A stretch of DNA of 64,000 nt from Torpedo marmorata (taxonomy: Eukaryota). A program made the translations under genes and the position numbers. The notes under the pieces are model-generated. The model was not told the origin of the DNA, did no database searches, and saw only the letters and a program-made list of their open reading frames with translations. The number at the start of each line of letters is the position of its first letter. Positions within the stretch are counted from its first letter, which is position 1. The stretch spans positions 36,270,001-36,334,000 of the forward strand of contig OZ360250.1 in NCBI GenBank assembly GCA_977017645.1. Direction: 5' to 3'. This document shows positions 11,165-24,389 of the stretch, one piece after another.

Positions 11165-14100
11165 CTGAAACAGACAGAAGATGGAAGATTAGAAGCCGTT
11201 CAGAGGCTGACACAAATTGAAAATGCAGTATTAAAAAAATATTAAACCAAAAGTGACTCATTATCAAAGTTAAAGGTCCCCACACACTACAAGCAGCTAA
11301 CGAGATTTGAGAATTAAACAAAATATTAATCAAGATGTTTAAAGCCCGACTAAGGTTAAAATTATTCGGATCATGGTGCAAAAAAAAAGTAAGAAAAGGA
11401 CATATCAAATGCACATCAAACAAAACACTCACGCAGAAAGGAAAACTCTAATTGGCTGCGGCCTAGATTTGGGTGCTGGAATCACCCACCCTCCACAAAA
11501 TAAAACCCAAGGAACCCAAACACACTTTGCTTGTAAGATATGTAATGTGGTTAACGTGGTTTAGTAAGAGAGAAATCAAACCGCTCGGGTTAAAGGTGGG
11601 GCCGTTCCAACCATGTAGTTGTCATGTAGTGACTCCAAGTGTTCGGCATTGATGAAAGGAACTAGACAGAGGCACACTGGCAGGACTGGGTAAAGCAAAC
11701 AGGGTGGGAGAGAAGGCTGAAGGGTGGGGCCCCTGCCTTCCAAACAACAGCTGTTAAAAAAGGTAGAGACAATGTTTAACCAAAGCATTTAATCTTGTGA
11801 GGAAACACCATTAATTCTGGCTCTCAGCTTAAAATGGCGTAAAAAAAATACCAAATCCACACCCACCCAGTGCCCACGAATTTCCATTGCGATTTTCAAT
11901 ACATTTGACCAAATAACAATCCATAATGTGATGCATGATTTTCATGCTGGTATTCAGTTGGAAGGTTCAAGGCAGGTGGAGTGAAGTTGCCACTTCTCTG
12001 CATTATGTGAACCAATCACGTGACGTAACCAGGTTCCCCTTTCCTCAGGCATTGTTCTTGCACGTCACCTGAACAGGAAACTTTCCAGGCTGGTGGAAAC
12101 ATACTAGCTGGGCAGGGGTTGCCAGCAACACACGTCAAACCATTATCGCATCGCTCAAATTTACATTATTGATGACATTGCATTGTTCAGGGTCTTACTT
12201 CTACACTGCACGGCCCATGGCTTTAGATAGTTTTCGGATAAACTTCGATGTTTGATATCTGCACGCTGGCACTGTGAGCTTGTGCGAAGTTCATTCGGAT
12301 GATAGAGAATGGAAAGGGAATCTCAGGGGAACAGGTTAGTGAGGGCTTGTTAGATCGAAGCCATGAGAAGGAAATGTAGGGAGGGAGCTGTCTCCAATAA
12401 CTGGTGTCACAGAGTATTGGGGAACTGTGCAATCCGTGTATGGAGCCTGTAGTATAGCAACCTTTCTGTTTACCATTTGCTACATGCCAGTAACCATTTG
12501 AATCCTTGCAGAAGCCCGCCATTTTACACAGCAGGAGCACAGATAGAATCCACGATGAGCTAAATAATGGTGCCATCAAAGGTCGAGATATATTGCTCCT
12601 TAGAACATGGTAATGGAAATTGACTGCAAAATTTCTGAAACAACCGAGGCCTTGGGAAAGACTTGATATCACCACCAGGTTATGACAAACTGAGCTGAAA
12701 TGGGCATTGAACAACACCATCTGGAACATAATTAGCGAGAGATTAGTTTCCATTGGAATATGCTCGCATAATGCTAGCTAAGGCCTGCCCTAAAGGAAAC
12801 CGCCATGGGAACAAATGAAGTTGGGACAGGAGGAGGTTAGTCAACACCTCCATACCTGCTCCACCATTCAACGTCAATGCTGGCTGTTATTGGAACCTAT
12901 CAGCCCATTCTCCACGTCTCCTGCATCCAAGAATCTGTCAAGTTCAGTCTTGAACAACTCAACGGTATGGCAACTACAACCCTCCTTGAATGGCTCACAA
13001 GCCCTTTTCCTGAAACTTGCCCTCGATGCTTCTGCCGGGAGAATCGGCGACTCTGACCAGGCCCTGAAGAAGGTCGTGCATTTCTGTGAGATTGACTCTC
13101 ATCCTGAATTCAAGAGGCGAGCTAATTAATCCCCCTCAATCACGGCAGAGTCAGTTGGAAGGAAGATGACGAATGGGCTGTGAAATCGGTGTGAACTGAG
13201 GTATTGGCTGGTGTGAAATGCTAAAGAGCAGGGTTTTGGCTCAGGAATTCTCAATGCTTTCTGGACTATGTTTAGTCAAACTTCAAACTGTTTTTATTGG
13301 CAAATGATAAGATGACATGATCCCCCAGACAGCTATCCACAAAACCTGGAAAAGCACATTCTTCACCTTTAAGTCTGTAATATATTACTTTAAAACCGTA
13401 CAGTGTTTTCATTCCCCATTTGTAATGTCATTTTATTACTTGCTTGAACATTCATTTTCTTTTAAACTTAAATCAGCACAAATAGGTGGCTTTGTCCACA
13501 CTAGTTACTCATAAACTGTGGAGCATGCTTGTTCATCAAGGAGCCACTGAGATGCACACTTTCATTGGTAGCCACTGATAATTCTACGGGGAACTTAAGT
13601 GGAAAAAAGACTTAATCAGTGATAAATAATTTAAGAAGCCTGTCGACGGAGCCGTCTGCTGGGTTTATGCACTCTGGCCTAAAAGTGACTGGGCTAGATT
13701 TTTGCTCATTATTAACATAAGTAAATGCCATGTATTGTATTTCAAAACACGACAGCCTTAAACTTTGGAAATAGCAGCTCCTATAAAAATTCCTGTCTTC
13801 TGCAAATCCGTGTGTGCATGTGTATGTGTGCGTGTCCACTCTTCAATGCAGGAATAAGTGAGAGGACAGAAGTGTAATGTTGTTTGAGTGTGCCTGAGCT
13901 CGGAGAAGGATGCACAAGAATTGTGTGTGACTGCAATTCGGCTCGGGCGTATGTGTGCCTGTTGAAGTGGGTCCGTGTGTGTTTGTATAGATATTGGTGT
14001 TGTGAGTGTGCTTGTGTGCACGCGTTATGTGTCAGTCTTGTGTCAGTGGTCATATACTTTGAAAGTTAATTGCATTGATTTGGGTTTGTTTTTCTCTGGA

Positions 14101-15056
14101 TGGAGGCTGCTGTGAAGTGAGACCGAGCTCAGATCACACACTAAAAGGAATACATCTAAGTGGACCTTTCTCCTGTCACCATTTGGCAGGTTTTCTATCT
14201 ACGCGTGTGTTTTTTTTTCCGGAGTAATGTTTGAAGGAAAGAATAAAAGGCCCAAACTACAATGTCTCACACAGCTGTCAGCACTGACTGTGGGCTGCAG
14301 CCAAGGACAAGCTCTGGAGAAAGCAGAGCCGTTGGGCTGGTACATTACAAGATCTGCTGCAGCCCAGCAGAGACTGCACTTCCCCGCCCCTGCCTCGCGT
14401 GCAGCACTCTCGGGTAGCTGGGCAACGAGTCACTGGCCAGTGGAAGGCTCCTTTGCAGCTATGGACTGCACTGCAGTAAAGGTGCCCTGAACAACACCAT
14501 GTGACCGGCAGCATTGTGAGTCAGCTTGGCAAATGTGCCAAGAAAAAGGAGAGACTTCGAAAATAAATGGCAACTGAGAACATTAGCGGAGGGGATACGT
14601 TGGTTTTCTGGGATTCATAGGCACATCAAGATGTACATCACGGAAACAGGGTCTTGCATCCCCGCCCCTTCAGTTCCACATGAACCTCAAACACCCATGT
14701 TTACACAATTCTTACCCTGACCCACCATATTCACCTCACATTTCCTTCAACTCTCCCCCCCCACTGCCCCCCCCCCAAAGATCCTACCACTCATAAAAAC
14801 ACCAAGGGCAACTTACAGGCATCATGGGAAGAAACTGGAGCACCCGGAGAAAATAGTTGAAACTCCATATAGACAGCAGCGGAGGTCAGGATTGAACCCA
14901 GACCACTGGAACTATGAGGCATCTGCTCTACCAGCATCATCCCAGTTGACTGAATAGAAGCTAAAACCTTCTACCCTTGGCAAGGAATGGACTTTTTAAA
15001 AAATATTTTATTTTAAATTTTAAATTTTCTCACAGTAATTCTACATACATAGTAGG

Positions 15057-15575
15057 GAATGGACTTTTTGAGGAGATTTGGTATGTCACCAAAGACTCTT
15101 GCAAATTTCTACAGGCGTACCGTGGAGAGCATTATGACTGGTTGCATCACTGTCTGGTACAGAGGTGCCAATGCACAGGACAGGAAAAGACTACAGAGAG
15201 TTGTGAACTCGGCCAGCGCCATCATGGGCATCAGTCTTCACTCCACTAAGGACATCTACAAGAGGTGATGTCTCAAGAAAGCAGCCTCTATCCTCAAGGA
15301 CCCCCACCAGCCAGGCCATGCCCTCTTCACTCTGCTACCATCAGGAAGGAGGTACAAGAGCCTGAAGACAAGCACCCAACTGTACAGAAACAGCTTCTTC
15401 CTGTTCACCATCAGATTTCTGAATGGACAATGAACCACAGACTCATATTTTCATATTTTGCACAAATTTATTTATCTTTTAAATGTAATTTATAGCAATA
15501 TTTGCACCTGTAATGCTGCACAAAACAAGGAATTTTGTGACATGTTCATGACAATAAATTCTGATTCTGATTCTT
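15057..15575 (+). mobile_element. Rex1/Babar-type LINE 3' fragment
   Basis: LRRFGMSPKTLANFYR.TVESIMTGCITVWY; tail tgacaataaattctgattctga. Confidence 0.88.
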
Positions 15576-15675
15576 ACAGGTGAATCCTGACCGATCAAGG
15601 TGGTTGACCCCTAATCCAGGGGGCAGTGCAGGATGGGCAACAAGTGTTGGTTGTACTGGAAATGCTGAGATCCCT

Positions 15676-16260
15676 CAGAATCAGAATTTATTGTCATGAA
15701 CATGTCATGAAATTCATTGTTTTGCGACAGCAAACATTTATATAAACTACCTTATAAAATAAAAAAAAATATTGCAAGGAAAAAAATCAAAGTAAGGCAG
15801 TGTCTGTGGTTTATTGTTCATACAGGAATCTGATGGCAGCAGGGAAGAAGCTGTCCTTGTGCCGTTGAGTGCTCGTCTTCAGGCTCCTGTATCTTTTTCC
15901 TCGATGGTAGCAGAGTGAAGAGGGCATGGCCTGGATGGTGGGGGTCCTTGAGGATAGAGGCTGCTTTCTTAAGACACCGCCTCTTGTAGATGTCCTTGGT
16001 GGAGTGAAGTCTGGTGCCCATGATGGCGCTGGCCGAGTTAACAACCCTCTGTTGTAAGCGTTGGAACCTCCGTACCAGACAGTGATGCAACCAGTCATAA
16101 TGCTCTCCACGGTACACCTGTAGAAATTTACGAGAGTCTTCGGTGACATACCGAATCTCCTCAAACACCTCACAAAGTAGAGCCGCTGGCGAGTCTTCTT
16201 CGTGATTGCATCAACATGGAGGCTCCAGGACAGATCCTCGGAGATGTTGACACCCAGGAA
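15676..16260 (-). mobile_element. Rex1/Babar-type LINE 3' fragment
   Basis: Same family as 15057-15575, opposite strand. Confidence 0.88.
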
Positions 16261-18841
16261 ATTGAAAACATTTTAATGTCTTCTGGAAATAGTATCCCAT
16301 TTACAACAGTGTACATGGAATGACTAAAAGGATATCTTCAGGTGTTCCAGCGTTCCACCAGCAAGATCTGCAAGTCTGCAGTGGGGGTAATGGTCAAACA
16401 GGCCATACAAGCCCATGCATTTAATTCATTATCCGGGACGCTGACTAGACAGTCAGAAGCAATTGTCATTCGACCGACTGTTCAGGTAACAGTACACTCA
16501 CCAGCTGATGATTGTGAGGCAGTGTGCTAGTGCCTGTAATTGCATGATTGATGGTAACCAGGCCCACATCAGCTCCTTAAGCTATCTTTGAATAAACAGC
16601 ACATTGTGATGAATTTCTTAGACTTAAATGAGGGCAGCCAAAGAACTGATGTGCCCCCATTCTGCTGTTACGGTAACTCATGAATACGTGAAAGATCAAC
16701 TTGTACACAGAGAGAGAAAAAAAAAATCAATGCAATTTCCTTCCCTTCTTGCCACTCTGATTGTCTTTCAGTGGCTGGGTCTGCTCAGGCTCTGACTTGG
16801 TTGAGCAGATACAACCTTCATCTGTTCTGCCAATGGTGATCCTGGTTATGTGTTAGGAGACAACGCAGAGCAACAAGAGTCAGGATGCATCCGGTGGCTT
16901 TCCATCCATCCCTGGGTCAGGAAGTTGCTAGTTCATTGCAGCCTGGCTGAAGTAGGCAATCAGTCTGACTTGTTGCAGCTCTGCAGCACGGCGTCTCGGC
17001 ACCAGGGTTCTCCCCTTAATTACGCACCGGAGAACATGCTCTCCTTAACTTCCTACGCTGCAGGACAACACCGTAGAATCAGGGCCAGTTCTTGCAACAG
17101 GCAGAGACCCCTTTACGATCTCAGAGATCCCATTATGCTCAAAAATGTCCCTCCACCACTGCACTTTGGGATAAGTAACTGGCAATGGTCCACAATTTCA
17201 GTTTTGGCAGAACAATACTGTGGAGGGCAGGAGGGAAAGGTATAATCACAGTCGAGTTTGAGAGAAGCCCCAATAAAACTAATTTAGCTGCCTTCATTAT
17301 ACATCTAAACCCTAGATATTGTTTTATTGATAGAGATTTAAAACCCTGTACCTCATCGCAATTTGTATTCTCTGTCTCACTCATCTTGCTCACATTTACC
17401 TCAGACATTGAAGGAGGCCTTTTGGCCCATTGTTTCTATGCTGGCTCTCAGACCCATCCCTTTTCCTGTGTGATTTCAATATAACTCTATCCAAAGCCAG
17501 GTAACAAACCCCAATGATGGTAAATATACAGAACTCCTTCAAGCAACGTTTAAAAAGAAAATGTGTCCGTCCATCAAAAATTTTGGTTAATATTAATGGA
17601 TGGGGTGATTGATTATACTTCAATTGATTCTCAATCATAGAGTGGTTTTCCTACATTCTGTGACAGCACCATAACAAGACCCAAGTGCTGCTGATGTGTG
17701 ACTGTCACCGAGACGTCATTAGTGTGTGCAATAATTGCTCTGTGAACAATTGCACATTATTTGGATAAATTAACATTTAGAGAAGTGCTTGAGTACGACA
17801 ATGATACAAGTAAATATTTATGCTTTCTCATATCTATTTGCATAAACAAATTACTTGTTAGAAAAACCATATTATAATGATTTATCATTTCCCATTAATG
17901 ACTTTTACAACTCTGATTTATAACTCACTGAGTATTTTAGAAAGCTTCGATCAAATCTTTATAACAGGCTTGAATTCTGACTCAAGCATGCAACCTGGGT
18001 GAATGCAACAGTGTAATTAGACAGGCCTAATTCAGATTTCAGATTTATTGTCAGGGTACATACATGACATCACATACAACCCTGAGATTCTTTTTTCCTG
18101 TGGGCGAGGCAGAATTACCACTAATTGGTAGTGCAAAAATAAATAAACTGTACACAGCATAAACATGTAAACAATCAAATTGTTGATTTGAGCAATTCAT
18201 AGCGTCTGATCATTATTTTAAATCTTATTGAAGTGATCACCAAGCATCAGAAAATGTCAGAATAACTTATTGAGCTCATTGCACTTTTAATAGAGGCCGA
18301 TGGCATTTTTGAAAAATGTTTCTCTTGCGCATTCCAGAGGACGTTTCCTCAATTCTCTGGACAGCAGCCGCAAAATCCCCAAAGTAGCTCGGAGCAATCT
18401 GTGGAGGTTGAGTCAGCTGCTGTTTAGATTCAAACCCCCGCATTGATAACTCCTGGATTCATCTGCATGTTGTGTCAAACATGTACAGCATTAGTTTGAG
18501 AATACGCAAGGTGGCAGTTACACTGAGGATTTTGAACGATCCAGACGGCTGCTGTCTATTTATGTGCAGCGAGGCAAATGACGAGCTTGCCGTGCGTTTA
18601 TTCTCAGTTTATGTAACAACCCGTTTGCAATTGAAAGGATAAAAGTCCAGGAAAGTTTCCTGCATTTTGTTATCTGCTGCCATGTTACAGGAGCCTCCAC
18701 TGCTTTGGTCAGTTTTCAAGTCAAGTTTATTGTCATCCGATTGTACAAGTACAACCTGACGAAACAGTGTTCTCTGGTCCTCGGTGCAAAACACGCAGAC
18801 ACACAACCAGACATAAGACACATACAGACAAACAATACATA

Positions 18842-20655
18842 CCGTATATTTCAGCGTATAAGTCGAGTCTTCAAACCCTCAAAAATCTCTCAAAAAACGG
18901 GGGTCGACTTATACGCCGGATATACTTTTGAGACCTTAAAATCAGCTCAAAAACCAGTCCACGCCGATTCGGCGTATAAGTCGACCCTTGAAAACCCGAC
19001 TCGGCGTATAAGTCGACCCTTGGAAACACGATTCAGCGTATAAGTCGACCCTTGAAAAACCAAAAAAAAACCCGACTGCAACAAATTTTCATTGACATTT
19101 TTATTGAAAACAACAAGACATTTAGAACCCTTCAAAATCACTTTCGCTATCATTGTCTGAGGCAAAGATCTCGGCAAGCACATCCGGGGTCTCACTGTTT
19201 AAACAGTCATCGTACGGGTCCCAGTCTGTATCTGATGAGGCGGCTTCAGCTTCGTCGTCAGTGTCCCGCAATAAATCATCTTCCGTACCATCAATTGCAC
19301 AAGAGATACTGCACTTTTTAAACGATTTTATTACAGTCTCTACTTTCACTTTGTCCCATGCCTTGAGCACGAAGTCACACAGCACATCAAGCGATGCAGC
19401 ACGCATTGCCCCGCCTTTTGTAAATGATTTTTCTGCACTCATCATCCATGTATTCCACTCTTCACGCACGTGGTCTTTAAATGGCTTGTTCAAGCAGACA
19501 TCGAGAGGTTGCAATATAGACGTCAAACCACCCGGGATAACCGCCATGTAAGTATTATGTTGTGCTAATCTACTTTTAGTCTTCTCAGTTAAGTGGCTAC
19601 GAAACATATCCCAGACCACCAAACTCCGTTCCTTGCGTAAACCGCCTGGCCGCCTGTTCCACACATTGTCTATCCATAGTTTTACACCATTTTCATCCAT
19701 CCATCCTTTTTCATGAAAATGTACAAAAATACCTGCTGGGAAATTTATTTTAGGTTTAAGTTTGCGCTTGAAGATTACCATGGGTCTTAACTTTGTCCCG
19801 TCGGCCATGCACGATAACACCATGGTAAACCTGGTCCTTTCATGTCCTGTACTCCTCGTTTGCACAGTTTTCACACCTTTCCATTCCACTGTTCTATTGC
19901 CTATCATGTCAAAATTCATGGGGGTTTCGTCCATGTTTCCAATATTTGCCAATGCAAACTTGTGTTTCTGCCGGTTACGTAAAATAAACTGGTGAATACT
20001 TACAACTTTATGATCAAGATCTTTTGGTAGTTTCTGAGCAATTTTAGTTTTTTGTCGTAAAACCAGATTTTTCCTGTTCGTGAAATGGTTGCACCAGCCT
20101 ACTGTAGCTTCAAAATCATTACTGAGTTCTGGGTGCGACTTTGCCCACTTCAGTGCAAATGTTCTTATTTTATTTCGGGTGACAATGTAGCAATCTTGCC
20201 TCTGTTCACGTACCCATGCTGCGACATGATTTTCCAACTCTGGCCAACGAGTGATTCCTCTTCTCATCGAACATTGCCTTTTTGGTATTTTTCTTAAAGT
20301 ATCTTCTTTCTTCCTCCATTCTCTTACCAACTTCTCATATATATCAAATTTTTTTGCAGCAGCACAGTTGTTGGTTTTCTTGGCCATTTCTATAACTTTT
20401 AATTTAAAACTCGCCTCATACTTTCGTCGTTTCAATTGAGCCTCCATGATAACAATCACCTCCAGCCAACACCCAGCAGCTCAATCAGCGCGATCGTTGT
20501 GGGTCGACCTATACGCCGGTCAATGCGCAACATCTCAGGCATCGCAATTTTTGGGGGTCGACTTATACGCCGGATATACAATAAAACCATTAAAATGAGG
20601 CTGAAAAAGGGGAGTCGACTTATCTGCCGGTCGACTTATACGCCGAAATATACGG
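18842..20655 (-). mobile_element. Complete pogo-superfamily DNA transposon (Passer/POGK-like), 1814 bp
   Basis: TA duplication (18840-18841 and 20656-20657); 25-bp TIR CCGTATATTTC(A/G)GCGTATAAGTCGA; repeated subterminal GGCGTATAAGTCGAC motifs at both ends. Confidence 0.95.
19122..20447 (-). CDS. pogo-family DD35D transposase (Brinker-like DBD, CENP-B HTH, DDE_1), 441 aa from the first ATG
   Basis: Uninterrupted ORF. Catalytic NMDETP, VVWDMF and LQPLDV, with 35 residues between D2 and D3. Acidic C-terminal tail. Confidence 0.92.
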   Translation of the reverse strand: MEAQLKRRKYEASFKLKVIEMAKKTNNCAAAKKFDIYEKLVREWRKKEDTLRKIPKRQCSMRRGITRWPELENHVAAWVREQRQDCYIVTRNKIRTFALKWAKSHPELSNDFEATVGWCNHFTNRKNLVLRQKTKIAQKLPKDLDHKVVSIHQFILRNRQKHKFALANIGNMDETPMNFDMIGNRTVEWKGVKTVQTRSTGHERTRFTMVLSCMADGTKLRPMVIFKRKLKPKINFPAGIFVHFHEKGWMDENGVKLWIDNVWNRRPGGLRKERSLVVWDMFRSHLTEKTKSRLAQHNTYMAVIPGGLTSILQPLDVCLNKPFKDHVREEWNTWMMSAEKSFTKGGAMRAASLDVLCDFVLKAWDKVKVETVIKSFKKCSISCAIDGTEDDLLRDTDDEAEAASSDTDWDPYDDCLNSETPDVLAEIFASDNDSESDFEGF

Positions 20656-21157
20656 TATGCAGGACAAGTATTTTATCTCTACAAATAAATAAATAAATAT
20701 TGTTTTGTACTTATGAGAGTCTCGGATGGTTAGTGTGAGCAAATCCTTTGGTTGTTCAGCATTCTCACTGCCTGTGGGAAGAAGATGTTCCTCAGCCTGG
20801 TGGTGCTGGCTCTGATACTCCTGTATCTCTTCCCCGACGGGAGCAGCTGAAAGATGCTGTGTGCAGGGTGGAAGGGGTCCTCAATGATTTTGCCCACCCT
20901 CTTCAGACAACAATCCCAGTAGATCACGTCGATGGGAGGGAGGGAGACTCCAGTGATTCTCTCTGCCACTCTTATGGTCCTGTGGATTGACCTCCAAGTT
21001 AAAGATCATCATCCTCGCCAGCAAAGGGAAAGGTTGGGGGGATAAAACCTCTCTGGATACAATCGGTTCGATGTACAGGTGCAGGCGAACTGGTCCATTC
21101 CGCATAGAGTGTGGAATCCAAACTGTTCACCCCGTAAGCCATTGGGTAGAATCTTTT

Positions 21158-21645
21158 AATAAAAACTCACCAATATGCTGGGAGAACTCAGCCGGTCTTT
21201 CAGCGTCCATAGGAGACAAAGATATATTGCCGTCGTTTCGGGCCTGAGCCCTTCTTCAAGGAAGAAGCAAAGAATAAGCAGAATAAGCAAAACACAGGAA
21301 ATCTCAGAACAGAGACAGTGCTGGCTGGGGAGGAGTGTAGACCAACAAAAGGTGTTAATTGCATATAAGGGAGAGGTGAGAATTGATTGTGTCTGTGTGA
21401 AAGGAAACAGGGAAAAGGGAGAGAGAGAGAAAGCTGGGGCAAAGTGACAGGGGGGGAGGGAAGAAGTGAGAGGGGGTTGAGGGGGGGGTGGGGTTTAACG
21501 AAACCCAGAGAAGTCGATATTAATGCCACCCGGTTGGAGGGTGCCCAGTTGGAAGATAAGGTGTTGTTCCTCCAATTTGTGGGTGGTCTCAGTCTGGCAG
21601 TGCATGAGACCTTGGACAGACATTCCAGCAAGGGAATGGGATGGG
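21158..21645 (-). mobile_element. Penelope-like element 3' end (GIY-YIG C-terminus plus UTR with hammerhead-like motif)
   Basis: KLEEQHLIFQLGTLQPGGINIDFSGF; minus strand cttgaagaagggctcaggcccgaaacg. Confidence 0.8.
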
Positions 21646-22083
21646 GATTTTTTTTTTGTGCCAACTATAAGATTCAGAGAAATGACAGCGCACGAGGTTG
21701 CAGCAGCCACTTTGGTTCTGCGTGTTTTGCACCGAGGACCGGAGAACGCTGTTTCGTCGGGTTGTACATGTGCAATCAGATGACAATAAATTTGACTTGA
21801 CTTGACAGAAGCTCATCATCTGCTAAACATCCGGGCCTTCAAGGTCCAATAACGTAAAATATTTTTGTGATTCGTGGAGAAGTGGAAGGAAATATGCATG
21901 CTGTTGACCCTAACGTCAGTGTGAGTGAGTGTGTGAGGGCAGGAGTCTGAATGTTCAAGTAAGTGTGAATGTGTGTGTGTGTCCAAAACAAGTCAGCATG
22001 AGAGCAAAATCGAGTGTGAGTGTCGGTGTGGGCTAGAACCGTGCAGTGTGCGTGTGACAATGAGAAAGGATACATGCTTGTTC

Positions 22084-22288
22084 CAGGGCGTATCTACGGG
22101 GGAGGTGCGGGGACCACCGGGGGTCCGGGGCGGTGAAGTAGACCACTGGGGGCCCGGCTGAAGAAAATTATTTTTTCGCTATCCGAGGATGGCTTGTCTG
22201 ACTTTAATAGAAACTGCTCAGTGGCGCCTCCCCTTCAAGTGGCGCCCAGGGCACGTGCCGCACCTGCCATACCTTAGATACGCCACTG
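22084..22288. mobile_element. hAT-type MITE
   Basis: TIRs cag(t)ggcgtatcta; 8-bp flanks gcttgttc and gcttgtgc. Confidence 0.75.
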
Positions 22289-23393
22289 GCTTGTGCCAGT
22301 ACATGGAGCGTCCCTGTACAAATACATATGCCACCTTTCTGGGGTACCTTATTCCTTAAGAAGCAGCACCACCTGCTGTTTACTGCATTCATCGAAAAGT
22401 GGAAGAGTCTGTCACACACGACTATTCACTGCTTTAGTTTCACGGGGAAATATTTACAAGGTGTAGTGGGTTCATGGGGATGGTTATATTTGTTATGCTG
22501 AGGCAGTCCAAACATTAGACAGCCAGAAATCGGCTCCACCCGAGAATCTGGACTTTTCCAAAACTCTCAAACTTTTAAAATTGAGCTTTTGTGTGCGTGC
22601 ATGCGTAAGCGCCACGGATGCACAGCGGCATTTTTTCTTTAAAACTGCTCGTTTTGTAAATGAAGCATGCAGTATTTACTAATGAATAAACTATTAAAAT
22701 TTACCTGTTCATCTCTTTTTTATTCCTCCTTAAATTTGAATTTTAAAAGTACTGCTCGAGAATCTGGAAAATCCGAAAATCTGGACCGACCCAATCCCCG
22801 AACAGTCCGGATTTTCGGACTTCTACTGTAACTAAGTAAAACCAAGTAACTAAGTAAAAGATTCTACGCTTAGAATGCACCGATTAACAATTAATGGCCA
22901 AAATATTCAACCCTTCAGGTGATGTTATTTGCAAAGACTTGGCTGATAGCTTCTAGCTGACAGACAGGGAACAGCATGCATGGTCTCCGCATCAGAGGCA
23001 TCCGAGCAGAGTGTCTGGGCTGTGCCAGGGTCACTGTGTGAGCATTTGCAGCTTTAATCCCTGTGATACTGATCTCAGTGTAGGTCAGTAAGAGACCACA
23101 TGATTTCTAATGTGGCATTAAAGAGGGACAGGCCATGAAAACACGCAGGAGCAAAGGCTTCCATCCAAACTTGGGTCTTGTTAACGTTCCTATGAGTGAT
23201 GCTTACCTCGTGCATTTCGTTAACGACACCATTAAGAGCGCTTGCAGGGACTGTGGGCTCCTCCCAGGTACCCGTGTCATTGACCGAGCCGTGTGCCAAG
23301 TCTCACGCAAGGATTAGTTTTACGACCTTCAGGACTCTTCTGCTCGTACAATATGTTTGAAGAACGAGCAGCCTGTAAATCAGGATGGAGTGG

Positions 23394-23509
23394 GGCAAGT
23401 GCCAGGGGACCACTTGGCAAGTGCCAGGGGACCACTTGGCAAGTGCCAGGGGACCACTTGGCAAGTGCCAGGGGACCACTTGGCAAGTGCCAGGGGACCA
23501 CTTGGCAAG
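23394..23509. repeat. 22-bp minisatellite, about 5 near-perfect copies
   Basis: Unit ggcaagtgccaggggaccactt. Confidence 0.95.
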
Positions 23510-23532
23510 CAGTGCAGGTTCCCCAGGTATTA

Positions 23533-23900
23533 CCGTATATACCCGTGTAATAGTCGAGCTTTTGGAACAATTTTTTTGGGTCAAATTTGGGGGTCGTTGA
23601 CTTTTACATGGGTCATACTTTTGACCGCGGTAAGTACCTGCGTCGTTCAAGGCGTTGGGAGCTCGGATGGGCGGGCGGCTAGGGCCTAGGAGAGAGTCTG
23701 TGACCGGAGCGTCGGGAGCTCTGGTGGGCAGGCGGCGGGGAGAGGATTCGCGGTCGGGGTGTCGGGAACTCCAGTGGGCGGGTGGCCGAGGCGTCGGAAG
23801 CTCTGGTGGGTGGGCGGCCAAGGCGAAGGTTCGCGGTCGGGACGTCGGGAGCTTGGATGGTCGGGCGGTCAGGGCTAAAAAGAGTGGGGAGTATATACGG
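23533..23900. mobile_element. Non-autonomous pogo-type MITE
   Basis: TA|CCGTATATAC ... GTATATACGG|TA; left end resembles the 18842 element; GC-rich repetitive interior. Confidence 0.75.
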
Positions 23901-24389
23901 TATTCTTGCTCAGCACTGTGTAGAAATAAGGGTCTTTCTAGTTCAGATTGGTGTTGATTAATACATCAAATATGTTAACACATTAATTAATGAACCAAAA
24001 TATTAATACATAAATACAACTTGGTTAATGCTTATGCTGGGACAGTTGCAGATAACTAAGGATAGTGAGGGGGGCTTGGGATGCGTGTTGCCTGGCAACG
24101 ACAGCAATACTGAAATTCCATTAGCCCTGACCAAGTTCAGCGAGAGGGTCTGGAATGTGTGATGCCAATATCCCGGCTGATAACTTCCAACAGTTCCGTT
24201 TCTCTCTAGAGTCATGTGATTTACAAGAATTATGGGAATCGAAACTGTTAAAATACCTTAGAGGAGGGGGGACACATACATGTGATTGGTCCACAACATG
24301 GTGCATCATGTAGATGGACATTGCATAGCTTAATGCTGATGGGATAATGCTTACCACCCAGGAGGTGACTGTTTTGAGATTGGTTATTG

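Larger units (their letters stand above)
18715..21000 (-). mobile_element. Rex1/Babar-type LINE 3' fragment split by the pogo element
   Basis: ORF 20730..20969 (EDPFHPAHSIFQLLPSGKRYRSI). Its 3' UTR continues at 18715-18841. An uninterrupted UTR copy lies at about 37650-37903. Confidence 0.8.

Noticed and set aside
12223-12753. 176-aa minus-strand ORF
   Set aside because: No recognisable motifs and no phase-compatible splice sites identified.
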